A stretch of DNA of 63,484 bases, the filler included, from Octopus bimaculoides (lineage: Eukaryota), in assembly GCF_001194135.2 (NCBI RefSeq). It is 6 parts of 5 records of this genome, joined end to end, with 100 filler letters (N's around TTAATTAATTAA, not from the genome) between each part and the next. Parts side by side here need not be neighbours in the genome. Positions count along the whole stretch, not along the records: positions 1 to 20,031 come from NC_068982.1; 5 more parts are not named here. One strand, written 5' to 3'. Shown in pieces: positions 1 to 12,242 of this stretch. How positions within the stretch are numbered: the first letter of the stretch is position 1; each line of letters opens with the position of its first letter. The notes beneath the pieces were generated by a model. That model was not told the DNA's origin. It ran no database searches and saw nothing but the letters and a program-made list of their open reading frames with translations. The translations under genes were made by a program, and so were the position numbers.

Positions 1-14
1 ACACACATATACAG

Positions 15-320
15 TGAAGGTGCATGGCGTACTGGTTAGGGCATTCGGCTGACGATCGTAATTTCGTGAGTTCAATTCCTTGAGCAAGACACTTTATTTC
101 ACGTTGCTCCAGTCCGCTCAGCTGGCAAAAATGAGTAGTACCTGTATTTCAAAGAACCAGCCTAGTCACACTATGTGTCACGCTAAATTTCCCTGAGAAC
201 TACGTTAAGGGTACACGTGTCTGAGGAGTGCTCAGCCACTTGCACGTTAATTTCACGACTAAGCTGTTCCGTTGATCGTATCAGCTGGGACCCTCGTCGT
301 CGTAACCGACGGAGTGCTCC
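15..320 (+). mobile_element. tRNA-derived CORE-type SINE (family A)
   Basis: tRNA-like head, CORE-like ccttgagcaagacactttatttcacgttgctccagtcc, and tail gagtgctcagccacttgcacgttaatttcacg...cgtcgtcgtaaccgacggagtgc. The same tail recurs inverted at 23049 and 27625. Confidence 0.85.
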
Positions 321-694
321 TTTATATATATATATGTGTGTGTGTGTGTGTACACACATATATATATATATATGTATGCACACACACACACATATTTCAT
401 ATAACCGTGATAAGAAAGATCAAGAGGGTGATAAAAAATAGAGAGAGAGAGAGAGAGAGTAAGGTGAGAGAAAGAAACAAAAGGAAAGGGTGGGGGTGAT
501 GAGTGAATTCTTGTCTAATTTGGAATTTCATGGTCTCTAAAACTAAACTGGGCATTTAGTTCTGATGGAAAGAAGCTATTTCTTTTATTGCTGTGAAAAA
601 TGAAATATTTGTCCTTTTGGCATTATCGAGATATTCCAGCTGGAGATGCTTACCATATTGTATGAGAAACAAAGCGTTAGATTAAAAGAGAACG

Positions 695-751
<57 letters not shown>

Positions 752-1067
752 NNNNNNNNNNAGAAGGAGAGAGAGGGAAGAGAGAAGGGGGAGATGGATA
801 TAAAGAGGAGGGAGAGATATAGAGATAGATGGAGACAAAAAGAAAAGTTGCATTATCTGAAGAAGGAGGGGTGTATATGAAAGATGCTTGGAAATTTGGA
901 AATGATTTACTGCTCACTGGGGAATTTTCATACGAGCAAAAATATCCGATCTAATGAACACAATTTACTAGTTAACCTTACTACTGAATCAAATGAACAA
1001 CGCTTTACTAAATTAGATACCCAAGTGACTTACTTCATTTAAGAGATCAATTTAAACACACTAAGGG

Positions 1068-1108
<41 letters not shown>

Positions 1109-1126
1109 TGTCGTATGATATGTGTT

Positions 1127-1176
<50 letters not shown>

Positions 1177-1977
1177 CATATGAGTGTGTGCAAGTGGGTA
1201 TACATGTGTGTATATGTATGTATGCATGTATGTATGTATTATGTATATATGTGTATATATACATACAAATGTATGCGATGTCGTGTAGTGAATATTAAAT
1301 TAGCCTTGTCCTCAAGATCTCTACCCCCGCCCCATTCCTTGTTAGAAATACTTCATTATCAACAGGAGCTTCTTGTAAGCAAGCTACAATGAATTGCACG
1401 GTGACTAGAAAACGTCAGGACCGTTGGTAGTGAAAAGGTTCTATTTATTTTTTTCCCTCCCAAGAGATAATATGCTTAACTAAGCATATTTCCTTATTAG
1501 GTCACATAATTGACGTTGTCGTAGCTTGGACAGAAAACATGATAAAATAAACAACAAAAATACCAACAAATACTAATTCTCCCATCATTATTTTCTTAAT
1601 TATTGTTTCTTTTTCTCTTTGTGCTCTCTAATAATTACTTTCACGGATGCTTGGGTGGGACAGCGAGATGTTGTTACCCTAAGGTATCTATGTACACATT
1701 GCTGAACCGGGCCATTTGAAAATAAGTGTCCAGGCAACAGTCAAAACTAGTTCTGAGGATAAGATACAAATCGCCGACCACGCAGACGATTGTTTTTTGC
1801 TCTATTCACCGGGTCATACCATCCAATAGTTGTTAAACTTGGTAATAAATTCGTATTTCAGGTGATGGTGTGGTAGAACCAGTTGAATCCCGGATTGAAT
1901 GTCCAGCTACATTTTATTTTCTTACATAATATTGATTTCAAATTTTAGTATAAGGTCAACAATTTCGAGGAAGGTAG

Positions 1978-2312
1978 TGGGAGGGGAGTCAATTACATCG
2001 AATTTATTATTATTTATTTATCGACCCCGAAAGGACGAAAGGCAGAGTTATCTTTGGTGGAATTTGAACTCAGAATGTAAAGACGGACAAAATACCGCTG
2101 AGCATTTTGCTCGGCGTGCTAATGATTCTGCCAGTTCGCCACCTTAATTTTCTCGCAATATTGGTTTCAAATTTTGGCTAACTCGGGGGAGGAGGAAAGT
2201 CAATTACATTGACCACCAGTACTCAACTGTTTCTTGTTTTATCGACCCCATGACAATATACCGCTGAGCATTTTGCCCGGCGTGCTAACGTTTCCTCGAG
2301 CACGCCACCTTT
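1978..2312 (-). mobile_element. Two adjacent tRNA-derived SINEs (family B, Meta-like core), second one partial
   Basis: Reverse complement matches the 7467 copy (aaggtggcgaactggcagaatcattagcacgcc...cctttcgtcctttcggggtcgataa). Confidence 0.85.
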
Positions 2313-2564
2313 AATTTTGTCGCAATATCGGTTTCACATTTTATTGGAGATTTAATTTTTACTTTCCATTTCACACTAGAATCACTGATATTCGTAGACA
2401 TATACAGTCTTTAGCCCACTTGGCCACGACTCTTACTTACAAATATGTAGTTTTGCTAATAATATACGAAATCCTTTGCTATTTTACATTATATAACAGT
2501 TGCACCACAATGTAATGTAAGAGCGTGGTCAATCAATATACGAAAAATAACAGAAAATTCTTCT

Positions 2565-3132
2565 GTTAGCAAAGAAGCTAAGAATAGACTGCAATTTCTT
2601 AGAATCGCATGGAGCACAGTGGGGTCATAGGGTTATCATATCATCTCTATTTTGGTTGTGATATCATTTTGGAATAATTCTTAAATTTTATTTTATACAA
2701 CATAACAATATTGTTTATAAATGTTCCCCCATCTTGCCCCTACTAAATTTTCACTGTATTAACATCTTAAATTTCTTAGTGTCATACTCCTTTAACTGGA
2801 AATTAACATCATGATTTAAAGCCTACCCCTACGCTGACTCTTTTTTATAGACAGTTATTTCTATCAAATTGACTCTTCCTAATGTCTTATTTTCTTTCTC
2901 TTGGGGAAAAGGGATACCTATGATAATATTTATGACCATATCTAGCCATGAGTTGTCAACTCACTCTTGTTCGTTATTCAAAATAGACCCAGTCTTCTAT
3001 TCTTAGATTTAATAGACGATAAAGAGATAAATAAATTAGAAACGAATTACAATCCTTACAACCCTCTGACCACACTATGCTCCATGTGATTCTAAGAAAT
3101 TGCAGACTCTTCTTAGCCACTTTGCTACAATA
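2565..3132. mobile_element. MITE-like element with ~65-bp inverted termini
   Basis: 2577-2634 (gctaagaatagactgcaatttcttagaatcgcatggagcacagtggggtcatagggtt) is the inverted copy of 3060-3117. No coding capacity recognised inside. Confidence 0.6.
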
Positions 3133-3340
3133 GCGACAACATGAATTTCTTCCATCTTCTTACTCTGTTAATATATTTAACAAAAAATTATATTAATGTG
3201 TCCTACTTGTTAAAAAATTCTATATGTTGCGCAACTGAAGATAGCACTACATTTAAATTGATGTAATGATTGATTTGTTCAATTAAATGGAGCCACTTGA
3301 AACGGTCGTACTGCATTACTACTTGATATCCTGTTGCTTA

Positions 3341-3424
<84 letters not shown>

Positions 3425-3430
<6 letters not shown>

Positions 3431-3590
3431 GACTGGCTTATTTCAATTTCCGTCTATCAAATCCACTGAAAAGGCTTTGGTCGAACAGGCTATAGTAGAA
3501 GAAACTTGCCCCAGTTGCCACGCAGTGGAACTGAACCCTGAACCATGTGGTTGGGAAGCAAGTTTCTTACCACACAGTCACGCTTGCCCC
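3425..3590 (-). mobile_element. SINE family C, 5' half
   Basis: Matches the abundant tggctgtgtggtaagaagcttgcttcccaaccacatggttc...gacggaaactgaaagaagcc consensus, next to (AT)n. Confidence 0.85.
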
Positions 3591-4204
3591 TATGTTGAGA
3601 ATGTTACCATGTCTTTTCCAAATCTAGCTGTACATTATTCAATATTGTAGCATTAAATTTGACCCATAGGTGTGAATTAAAAGATATTTCAATGCTGGAG
3701 ATTTCATTGTGATTCTCAATTGAGTTTTTTTTTTATGCAGTGAGAAACCAGTCCTTGGGTTACAATTTTTGAAATTTCATGCATCTGAGAATGTCAGGAG
3801 AGATCGTCCGGAATTGTGAAATCCAGTATTTGTAGCAACAGTATTTGTAGCTACTTTTACAAGCAAATGTTTTCGCCATTTCTGTCCATAGAAGCACTTT
3901 AAGATTGAAGCGAAGTCTCTGGGTAATATGTGAATGAGTCTGTGTGTGGAGTATTAGGAAGGAGCGAAGTGTGAAGAGCAGTATTATCTTTATAGGTGTG
4001 AATATTGTTAGAGGTGTCAGCAGCAAGTAAGTCCTTAATGTACAATGTGAAAAGTGTGTGTGATGCTGTTAAGTCTTGGGACGCACAAAAGTTAATTTGA
4101 TGTGAGTCAGAAGAGCCACCATCTGTACATGCTAAGAAAAGATAATCTGACATGAAGCTTCTGACAAGGGTAAGAAAGACCACATAGACGAGTAATTTAA
4201 TTAG

Positions 4205-4375
4205 GAGATTAACGAACACTATGAAAGCTTCTTCACCAATGGGATCCAAGCACTACAACACCAATGGAAGAAGTGTGTGGACTGCAAGGTGGACTATGTT
4301 GAAAATAAACCTCATTTGGTCACATTCCATGAAAGTATCTTGGTCAGCCTATGCACTTTTCAACCAAACCCCGTA
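4205..4375 (+). mobile_element. Mariner 3' remnant (transposase C-terminus plus right TIR)
   Basis: Translates as EINEHYESFFTNGIQALQHQWKKCVDCKVDYVENK, a typical mariner C-terminus. It is followed by TIR-like gtcagcctatgcacttttcaaccaaacccc and then gta. Confidence 0.7.
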
Positions 4376-4891
4376 TGTGTGTGTGTGTGTGTGTGTGTTG
4401 AGTGTGTGTGTGTTGAGTGTGTGTGTGTTGAGTGTGTGTGTGTTGAGTGTGTGTGTGTTGAGTGTGTGTGTGTGTTGAGTGTGTGTGTGTTGAGTGTGTG
4501 TGTGTTGAGTGTGTATNNNNNNNNNNNNNNNNNNNNNNNNNNNNNNNNNNNNNNNNNNNNNNNNNNNNNNNNNNNNNNNNNNNNNNNNNNNNNNNNNNNN
4601 NNNNNNNNNNNNNNNNNNNNNNNNNNNNNNNNNNNNNNNNNNNNNNNNNNNNNNNNNNNNNNNNNNNNNNNNNNNNNNNNNNNNNNNNNNNNNNNNNNNN
4701 NNNNNNNNNNNNNNNNNNNNNNNNNNNNNNNNNNNNNNNNNNNNNNNNNNNNNNNNNNNNNNNNNNNNNNNNNNNNNNNNNNNNNNNNNNNNNNNNNNNN
4801 NNNNNNNNNNNNNNNNNNNNNNNNNNNNNNNNNNNNNNNNNNNNNNNNNNNNNNNNNNNNNNNNNNNNNNNNNNNNNNNNNNNNNNNNATA

Positions 4892-5964
4892 TTGGGTCGT
4901 TCCATAAATAATGCGGTTTTTTCAAGTCGGATGGGGACAGGATAAACTACCTGCATCAACTTGCTATAAAAGCAGATAGTAATGTTACCTTATCCTTATT
5001 CTTAGTGCAAGTTTTGAAGAGTGCAGTTTGATTTTTAACAGTTATTTTTTTCAAAGCTATAATGGAAATGGTAAAGGAGCATAATCGGCATATTTTACTT
5101 CATGAGTTCAATAGAGTCAACAACACAACGGAAAGTGTGAGGAATATTAATGCAGTATATGGGGATCGGACAATAAGCGTAAGCCAGTGTCAACGGTGGT
5201 TTCAGAAATTCCGAGCCGGGATCTACAACCTAGAAGATGAGCCTCATCATGGAAGATCTGTAGAGCTCGACGAGGACGTCCTGCAAACCCTGGTGGAACA
5301 AAATCCCATCGTAACTGTTGAGGAACTGGCAGATAAGCTTGAATTTGGTCACTCAACCATTCATCGACACTTGTGTGCCATAGGAAAAGCCAGAAAATTG
5401 GGTCAATGGGTTCCTCACAAACTTTCCGAGTCAAATCGCGTGCAGAGAGTTAATGTTTGCTCTTCTTTGCTGTCACGTCTCACGAATGAACCGTTTTTGG
5501 ACTGAATAGTGACTGGTGACGAGAAATGGGTTCTCTATAAAAATGTCAAGCACCGAAGACAGTGGGTATGGAAAAGAGAAACACCGTCACCCCAGGCTAA
5601 AGGGGTCTTCACACATGTAAGGTGCTGTTATCTCTTTGGTGGGATATGAAAGGTTTAGTCCACTTTGAACTTTTAAACCCAAACCAAACGATAACAAAGG
5701 AGATCTAACTGCATGGAGCTTGAGCGGCTTAAGTCAACGCTAGAAGAAAAACGACCATCTTTGGTTTCAAGACGAAAGGTGTTCATCCATCAGGATAATG
5801 CTCGGCCACATACAACGAGGATGACATTCGAAAAGCTAGAGCAGTTTGAATGGGAAACGATGCCCCAGCCACCATATTCGCCAGACATTGCCCCATCTGA
5901 TTATTATATATTCCGCAGTCTTGAAAATCATTTGGACGGAAAAAATATGAATTCTGTAGACGAG
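4892..5964 (+). pseudogene. Mariner (DD34D) transposon with disrupted transposase; right end lost in gap
   Basis: TA followed by TIR ttgggtcgttccataaataatgcggttttt. HTH region (ORF 5062-5505) and WVPHKL motif, then an in-frame TGA before IVTGDEKW, and at least two frameshifts. HQDNARPHT and PPYSPDIAPSDY motifs in 5713-5964. Confidence 0.95.
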
Positions 5965-6236
5965 NNNNNNNNNNNNNNNNNNNNNNNNNNNNNNNNNNNN
6001 NNNNNNNNNNNNNNNNNNNNNNNNNNNNNNNNNNNNNNNNNNNNNNNNNNNNNNNNNNNNNNNNNNNNNNNNNNNNNNNNNNNNNNNNNNNNNNNNNNNN
6101 NNNNNNNNNNNNNNNNNNNNNNNNNNNNNNNNNNNNNNNNNNNNNNNNNNNNNNNNNNNNNNNNNNNNNNNNNNNNNNNNNNNNNNNNNNNNNNNNNNNN
6201 NNNNNNNNNNNNNNTATAGATATATATAGATATATA

Positions 6237-6462
6237 TTGGGTGGCCCGGAAAGTTCGTGCTGATTTACAGTAGCTTACCTTTCGAGTTATTTGCCATGAA
6301 ACCACCTCAATTCTGGGAAGAGGGTATTTTCAAGTTAATGGAAAGATGGAGACGCATTGTGCAACAAAATGGTTCATATTTGGTTGATTAAAAATGTAAT
6401 GGCAAGTATTTATTAACGTTTTTCTTTCCTTTAAAATCGGCATGAACTTTCCGGACAACCCA

Positions 6463-6463
<1 letters not shown>
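6237..6463 (+). mobile_element. Non-autonomous mini-mariner (227 bp)
   Basis: TA-flanked TIRs ttgggtggcccggaaagttcgtgctgattt and aaatcggcatgaactttccggacaacccaa. The interior encodes only the transposase end (KPPQFWEEGIFKLMERWRRIVQQNGSYLVD*). Confidence 0.9.
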
Positions 6464-6502
<39 letters not shown>

Positions 6503-6957
6503 AAACGGGATGGGATACACATGACATTCAACGTAAACAAAATTAATAATCATAGCTGTCTTTTATAATGAAAACTGATTTCCTATCTCCTAGTAAGGCG
6601 GACATTGATTTAGGAAACATTTAGACTTTATACTTCCAGTGATATTCGGAACAAAGCCAACACCTTTAAGATCTGTTCTCCCTAACATGCGGCGAATTCT
6701 TTTTTATTGCTATCATCCTAACCTTTATTTCTATACGTTGCTTCTTTTCTTTCTCCTTGTACTCCTTCAATCTCTCTCTCCCTCTTTCTCTCTCTCTCTC
6801 CCCCCTCCCCCCTCTCTCTCTACGTGTCTATCCTTTACATACACACATTGATGTCTTTTATTTAGCAGTATTACCTCACCAACAACCATCTGTTGCAGAG
6901 GAATTTCAGAAGGCGTTGCAAAGCACGCGCCCAGACGTATTCATACACATTCACCCT

Positions 6958-7012
<55 letters not shown>

Positions 7013-7466
7013 GCACACACGCACACATACAAACACACGCACGTATATGTACACACATACGCTTATGTATGTGTATATATGCATAACCATAAAACACATG
7101 ACACTCATACACGTATGTTGTACGAGTACATGCGTATATATGTATATGTGTTTGTATGTCTGTTTGAGCGTGTGATTATTTGTTTATATTCACATAAGTA
7201 TACATGAATGGAGATCTATACAGGTATGTAGGTACGTATAACGATAAGTATATTCTCCCTGTCGTTATACCTACCTACATGTATGACCACCAAATTTATT
7301 GAATAAATTTCAGTAAAAGAGTACCTTCTTTCTGGCTTGGAGAGAAATACAATATATTTCACACGCTAAAACCCCATGGACTGGCAGAAAATGTATATCA
7401 TCGGACCAAATAGTAGCAGTCTCGAACTTCAATGTCCTCAGTCAGCTCTTATTATTGGGTAATTTT

Positions 7467-7681
7467 AAGGTGGCGAGCTGGCAGAAACGTTAGCACCCCG
7501 GGCGAAATGCTTAGCGGTATTTCGTCTGTCTTTACGTTCTGAGTTCAAATTCCGCCGAGGTCAACTTTGCTTTTCATCCTTTCGGGGTCGACAAATTAAG
7601 TACCAGTTGTGTACTGGGGTCAATGTAATCGACTAGCCCCTTCCTCCAAAATTTCGAGCCTTGTGCCTAGAGTAGAAAAGA
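7467..7681 (+). mobile_element. SINE family B (Meta-like core), full length
   Basis: aaggtggcgagctggcagaaacgttagc head, B-box gagttcaaattcc, core tttcatcctttcggggtcgacaaattaagtaccag. Confidence 0.9.
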
Positions 7682-7701
7682 TATATATATATATATATAT
7701 A

Positions 7702-8487
7702 TAATTAGTGTACATTTAAACACATAAGAGGTGCCTTGACGGGACACCTAACATGCTAGGAGGATCAGTCAAAATCCCAACCACGCTTAGGATTAATTTC
7801 GAAGGGAATAAAAACTAAAAACATTTACCATATTTTGTTACCGGACCATGATTTCGAACTTTAATTAGCAAATAAAATAATTTGCTAGGCGAAGTTATCA
7901 TCAGCGGGTACGCCAAAGATTAACATATAATTATGAGGCAAAATAGCTCATGTCTCATCTTTATATATTATAATTTTTCAAATCCACCGCGCAAGCGCAG
8001 CTATTGTCTGTAGCAAATAAAAATGTCGACTTACTTCAAAATTACCAAAATCATATTACGAAAAATACGTAGGGTAGGAAAATTATAGAAATCTTTCTAC
8101 CAGTGGCCTAGCATGCAGAAAGTAGTCAAAACACTATATATTATTCATGTAAAATTAGTGTACATTTAAACACAAAAGAGGCGACCTCAACAGGACACGT
8201 AGCATGCTAGAAAGAACAGTCAGAATCCAAACAACGGTTAGAGGCAATTTCCAAGGGAATGAAAAATAGAAACATTTACAATATTTTGTAACCGGACCAT
8301 GATTTCGAACTTTAATTAGCAAGGCGCAGTTTTTGTCGGCAGCAAAGGAAAATGTCGACTTACTTCTAAATTACTAAGATCATATTAGGAAAAATATACA
8401 GGGTAGGAAAATTATAGAATTTTTTCTACCAGTGGCCTGTCTTGCAGAAAATAGTCAATAGACTATATATTCATATAAAATCAGTGT
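7702..8487 (+). repeat. Diverged tandem duplication (~325-bp unit, first copy with ~125-bp extra)
   Basis: aattagtgtacatttaaacaca...accggaccatgatttcgaactttaattagcaa...aaatgtcgacttacttc...ctaccagtggcct occurs at 7702 and 8154. A third start, aaatcagtgtaca, is at ~8478. Confidence 0.8.
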
Positions 8488-8504
8488 ACATATATATATT
8501 CTTT

Positions 8505-8744
8505 TATATCTTTGAAATGTTTCAGTCATTTTTATTTTTTTACACGTTTCAGTCATTTGATTGTGGCCATGTTGGAGCACCGCCTTTAGTCGAACAAATC
8601 GACCCCAGGACTCATTCTTTGTAAGTCTAGTACTTATTCAATCGGCCTCCTTTACCGAACGGCAAAGTTTCGGAGACGTGAACACACCAACATCGGTTGT
8701 CAAGCGATGATGGAGACACACACACACACACACACACACACACA
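8505..8744 (-). mobile_element. SINE family C, 3' tail (head lost in gap)
   Basis: ttcagtcatttgattgtggccatgttggagcaccgcctttagtcgaacaaatcgaccccagg matches the other tails. Confidence 0.85.
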
Positions 8745-10221
8745 NNNNNNNNNNNNNNNNNNNNNNNNNNNNNNNNNNNNNNNNNNNNNNNNNNNNNNNN
8801 NNNNNNNNNNNNNNNNNNNNNNNNNNNNNNNNNNNNNNNNNNNNNNNNNNNNNNNNNNNNNNNNNNNNNNNNNNNNNNNNNNNNNNNNNNNNNNNNNNNN
8901 NNNNNNNNNNNNNNNNNNNNNNNNNNNNNNNNNNNNNNNNNNNNNNNNNNNNNNNNNNNNNNNNNNNNNNNNNNNNNNNNNNNNNNNNNNNNNNNNNNNN
9001 NNNNNNNNNNNNNNNNNNNNNNNNNNNNNNNNNNNNNNNNNNNNNNNNNNNNNNNNNNNNNNNNNNNNNNNNNNNNNNNNNNNNNNNNNNNNNNNNNNNN
9101 NNNNNNNNNNNNNNNNNNNNNNNNNNNNNNNNNNNNNNNNNNNNNNNNNNNNNNNNNNNNNNNNNNNNNNNNNNNNNNNNNNNNNNNNNNNNNNNNNNNN
9201 NNNNNNNNNNNNNNNNNNNNNNNNNNNNNNNNNNNNNNNNNNNNNNNNNNNNNNNNNNNNNNNNNNNNNNNNNNNNNNNNNNNNNNNNNNNNNNNNNNNN
9301 NNNNNNNNNNNNNNNNNNNNNNNNNNNNNNNNNNNNNNNNNNNNNNNNNNNNNNNNNNNNNNNNNNNNNNNNNNNNNNNNNNNNNNNNNNNNNNNNNNNN
9401 NNNNNNNNNNNNNNNNNNNNNNNNNNNNNNNNNNNNNNNNNNNNNNNNNNNNNNNNNNNNNNNNNNNNNNNNNNNNNNNNNNNNNNNNNNNNNNNNNNNN
9501 NNNNNNNNNNNNNNNNNNNNNNNNNNNNNNNNNNNNNNNNNNNNNNNNNNNNNNNNNNNNNNNNNNNNNNNNNNNNNNNNNNNNNNNNNNNNNNNNNNNN
9601 NNNNNNNNNNNNNNNNNNNNNNNNNNNNNNNNNNNNNNNNNNNNNNNNNNNNNNNNNNNNNNNNNNNNNNNNNNNNNNNNNNNNNNNNNNNNNNNNNNNT
9701 ATATATATATATATTATATATATTATATATATGTATATATATATATATATATGGAACGTCTTATTGAACTAATTGTAATCTAATAAGGCTACATTAAGGA
9801 AAATTTAATTAAATATGTAATTAGATTTATTGTGAAAATGTAATTAAAAACATTGAAGCAATAAATAAAAATGTATAAATTGGCCTTTAGGCCTATTCGG
9901 CACGATTTGTGCTGTACATGAATTTTTTATATTTCAGAAATGTCGCAAAAGGGAATTTTCTTTTCAGGGATACTTTCGTGACAAGTTATGAACATTAATA
10001 AAATATAATTTAAATGATATATATAATATGATATAATACGACATAATATGATATAATATAGCAACATAATATAATATAATATAATATAATATAATATAAT
10101 AATATATTATTATACAATATAATGTATACAATATAATATGCATATATGCATATGAATACACGCCATCACACATAGACACACGCATACACACACATCACAC
10201 ACACTCACAGGCACAGACACA

Positions 10222-10271
<50 letters not shown>

Positions 10272-10337
10272 TACATACAGTAATACCGAATATATAGAGA
10301 ATGAGTGCTCTGCACTGTATTAGTGGGATAAATATTC

Positions 10338-10446
10338 TTTATTTGTGGATTAACAAGGCAACCAACGGTTTCATGTAACACGCATGAACAATTAGGAAAA
10401 TCTCTTGACATGAGCGTACTGGGTGCCTTGTTAACCTACAAATAAA
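10338..10446. repeat. Small inverted repeat / micro-MITE
   Basis: 26-nt arms tttatttgtggattaacaaggcaacc and gggtgccttgttaacctacaaataaa pair at 23/26 positions. Confidence 0.6.
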
Positions 10447-11489
10447 CTATATATAATATAATGTTATATTATATAATATATTCTAATATAATATATAATG
10501 TAATGTATGTAATATATATATATATATATATATAATGTAATATATGAATAATGATATCTGTGTGATAATAAATGGAGCAAAACGCATATAAACAAAAATT
10601 CCTTTAATTCCTACATATGTTTCAAAATATATGTGCACTCTACTCCAAAGAAGTAAAAGGTGCTGGAATTGCACATATATTCATCATCAAGCAAGACAAA
10701 TGCGAAATGATAAGGTTATGTACGAGTTATAATATTATAATGTAATATATATATACTATACACAGAAACACAAATACATACACACGCACACTTGCACATT
10801 CATAATTTCACTTCTACTAGCAGCTATCAGAAAAAAACTCCACTAACAGTACCATGCTCATTTCGTAAGAATAACACGTTAACAATTATATAATGAAAGA
10901 TAAATTTTTATTTATTTTAGCTTATATTCTACTTTGGCAACAGAACTAAATTGTTTTAGAAGACGATGGAAACGTTATAAATGACTAATACTATTGGACA
11001 AATAACAAAATACATCACAGTATTCTAGTATGCCTTAAATTTTGGAAATTATGTATCTTGTCAAAGGAATTGATTTCTTTAGCTCTTTCCGTGGTTTGCA
11101 TCTTAAAAAAAAAAACTCAATAAAAGTATGAGCTAACTTGAAAGACTATGTGAATGCTCGATCTACTAAAAGTAGGAGCTAAGATTTTTTTGCAATCTTA
11201 TCCCAAAGTTTTCAGAAAGATGAAGGACAGGTAACATGCTTTAAAACATAAAAGGATAGTCAAGAGTGTAATGCAGTCCATTACAAATCGATCCAGTTTG
11301 ACCTACGATACAATGCTTAACTATAGTCACCACCTTTCAAGGACGTGCCCCAGCATGACCGTAGTTCAATGACTAAAACAAGTAAAAGAAAAGAATAAAA
11401 GAAAACGCCCTTGAAAAGATGAACGAAAATGTATCGGAACTCATAATTCCATCTTCGCTGGAATACCATTGGTTACTTTGTTATTAAGT

Positions 11490-12055
11490 AGTTTGTTGGC
11501 AATAAATCAGCAGTATATCTCTTTTCTGACTACAATCACTAATCGTATACCCGCTATACCGTCGGTTTGAATGCACTTTAAAGCGCTCATATAAAAGACA
11601 ATCCCGCTATTATTGACTGCATACACAAGCACCAGCATAGGGAATACTGGTGGAACATTTCTATCAAAACTTATATCAAGTGTAAACATAACAGGCCAGA
11701 TATAGTTGTTTGGGAGAGACAAGAAAAAATGTAACTGCCCTATTGACGTGAATATTTCTTTGGAAAATAGAAAAAGGATAACAATGGACAACTGCTTCGA
11801 AACCTTCAGTTTTTATATTCAGATTATAAATTCACTTTTATACCTATAATAATTGGTGCAATTGGTTTTGTTACTAAATCCCAAAGTGACAAACTGGAAA
11901 AGTTAAAGTTTCCAGATAAAGAAATCAAGTAGCTAACATGCACATTGCAAATAAAATTTCTAAGTGGAACAGTAAAAATAAGCAAGACTTTTCTCATGTT
12001 CAAATGGAGCTTTGTATCTCTGTTAGAAACCAACTCCTTTACAGGAAGAATTCAA
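11490..12055 (+). mobile_element. 3' end of an RLE-type non-LTR retrotransposon, degraded
   Basis: EYWWNISIKTYIKCKHNRPDIVVWERQEK and LQFLYSDYKFTFIPIIIGAIGFV...SGTVKISKTFL give the RPD-type restriction-like endonuclease signature, with stops and frameshifts. Confidence 0.85.
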
Positions 12056-12170
12056 ATAATTGAAAATAGAAAATATACATACATGCATTCATATAAGCAT
12101 ATATATTTAACGTTAGCGTCTTATGAAGCTAAATTTATAAGTTCTAAAATTGCAGCAGAATATGTTGCTG

Positions 12171-12242
12171 GGCAGTTTAGTTTGATGGTAAAACACTTGA
12201 CGCGTAATCACAGAGATGTGAGTTCGAGTCTCATGGCTGGCC
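12171..12242 (+). tRNA. tRNA-Thr(CGT)-like pseudogene
   Basis: Cloverleaf can be drawn: D-arm gttt-gatggta-aaac, anticodon loop cgcgtaa, T-arm gtgag-ttcgagt-ctcat, acceptor ggcagtt/ggctggc (one mismatch, two GU pairs). A T5 run follows at 12252-12256. Position 33 is G and the anticodon stem has an insertion. Confidence 0.55.
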
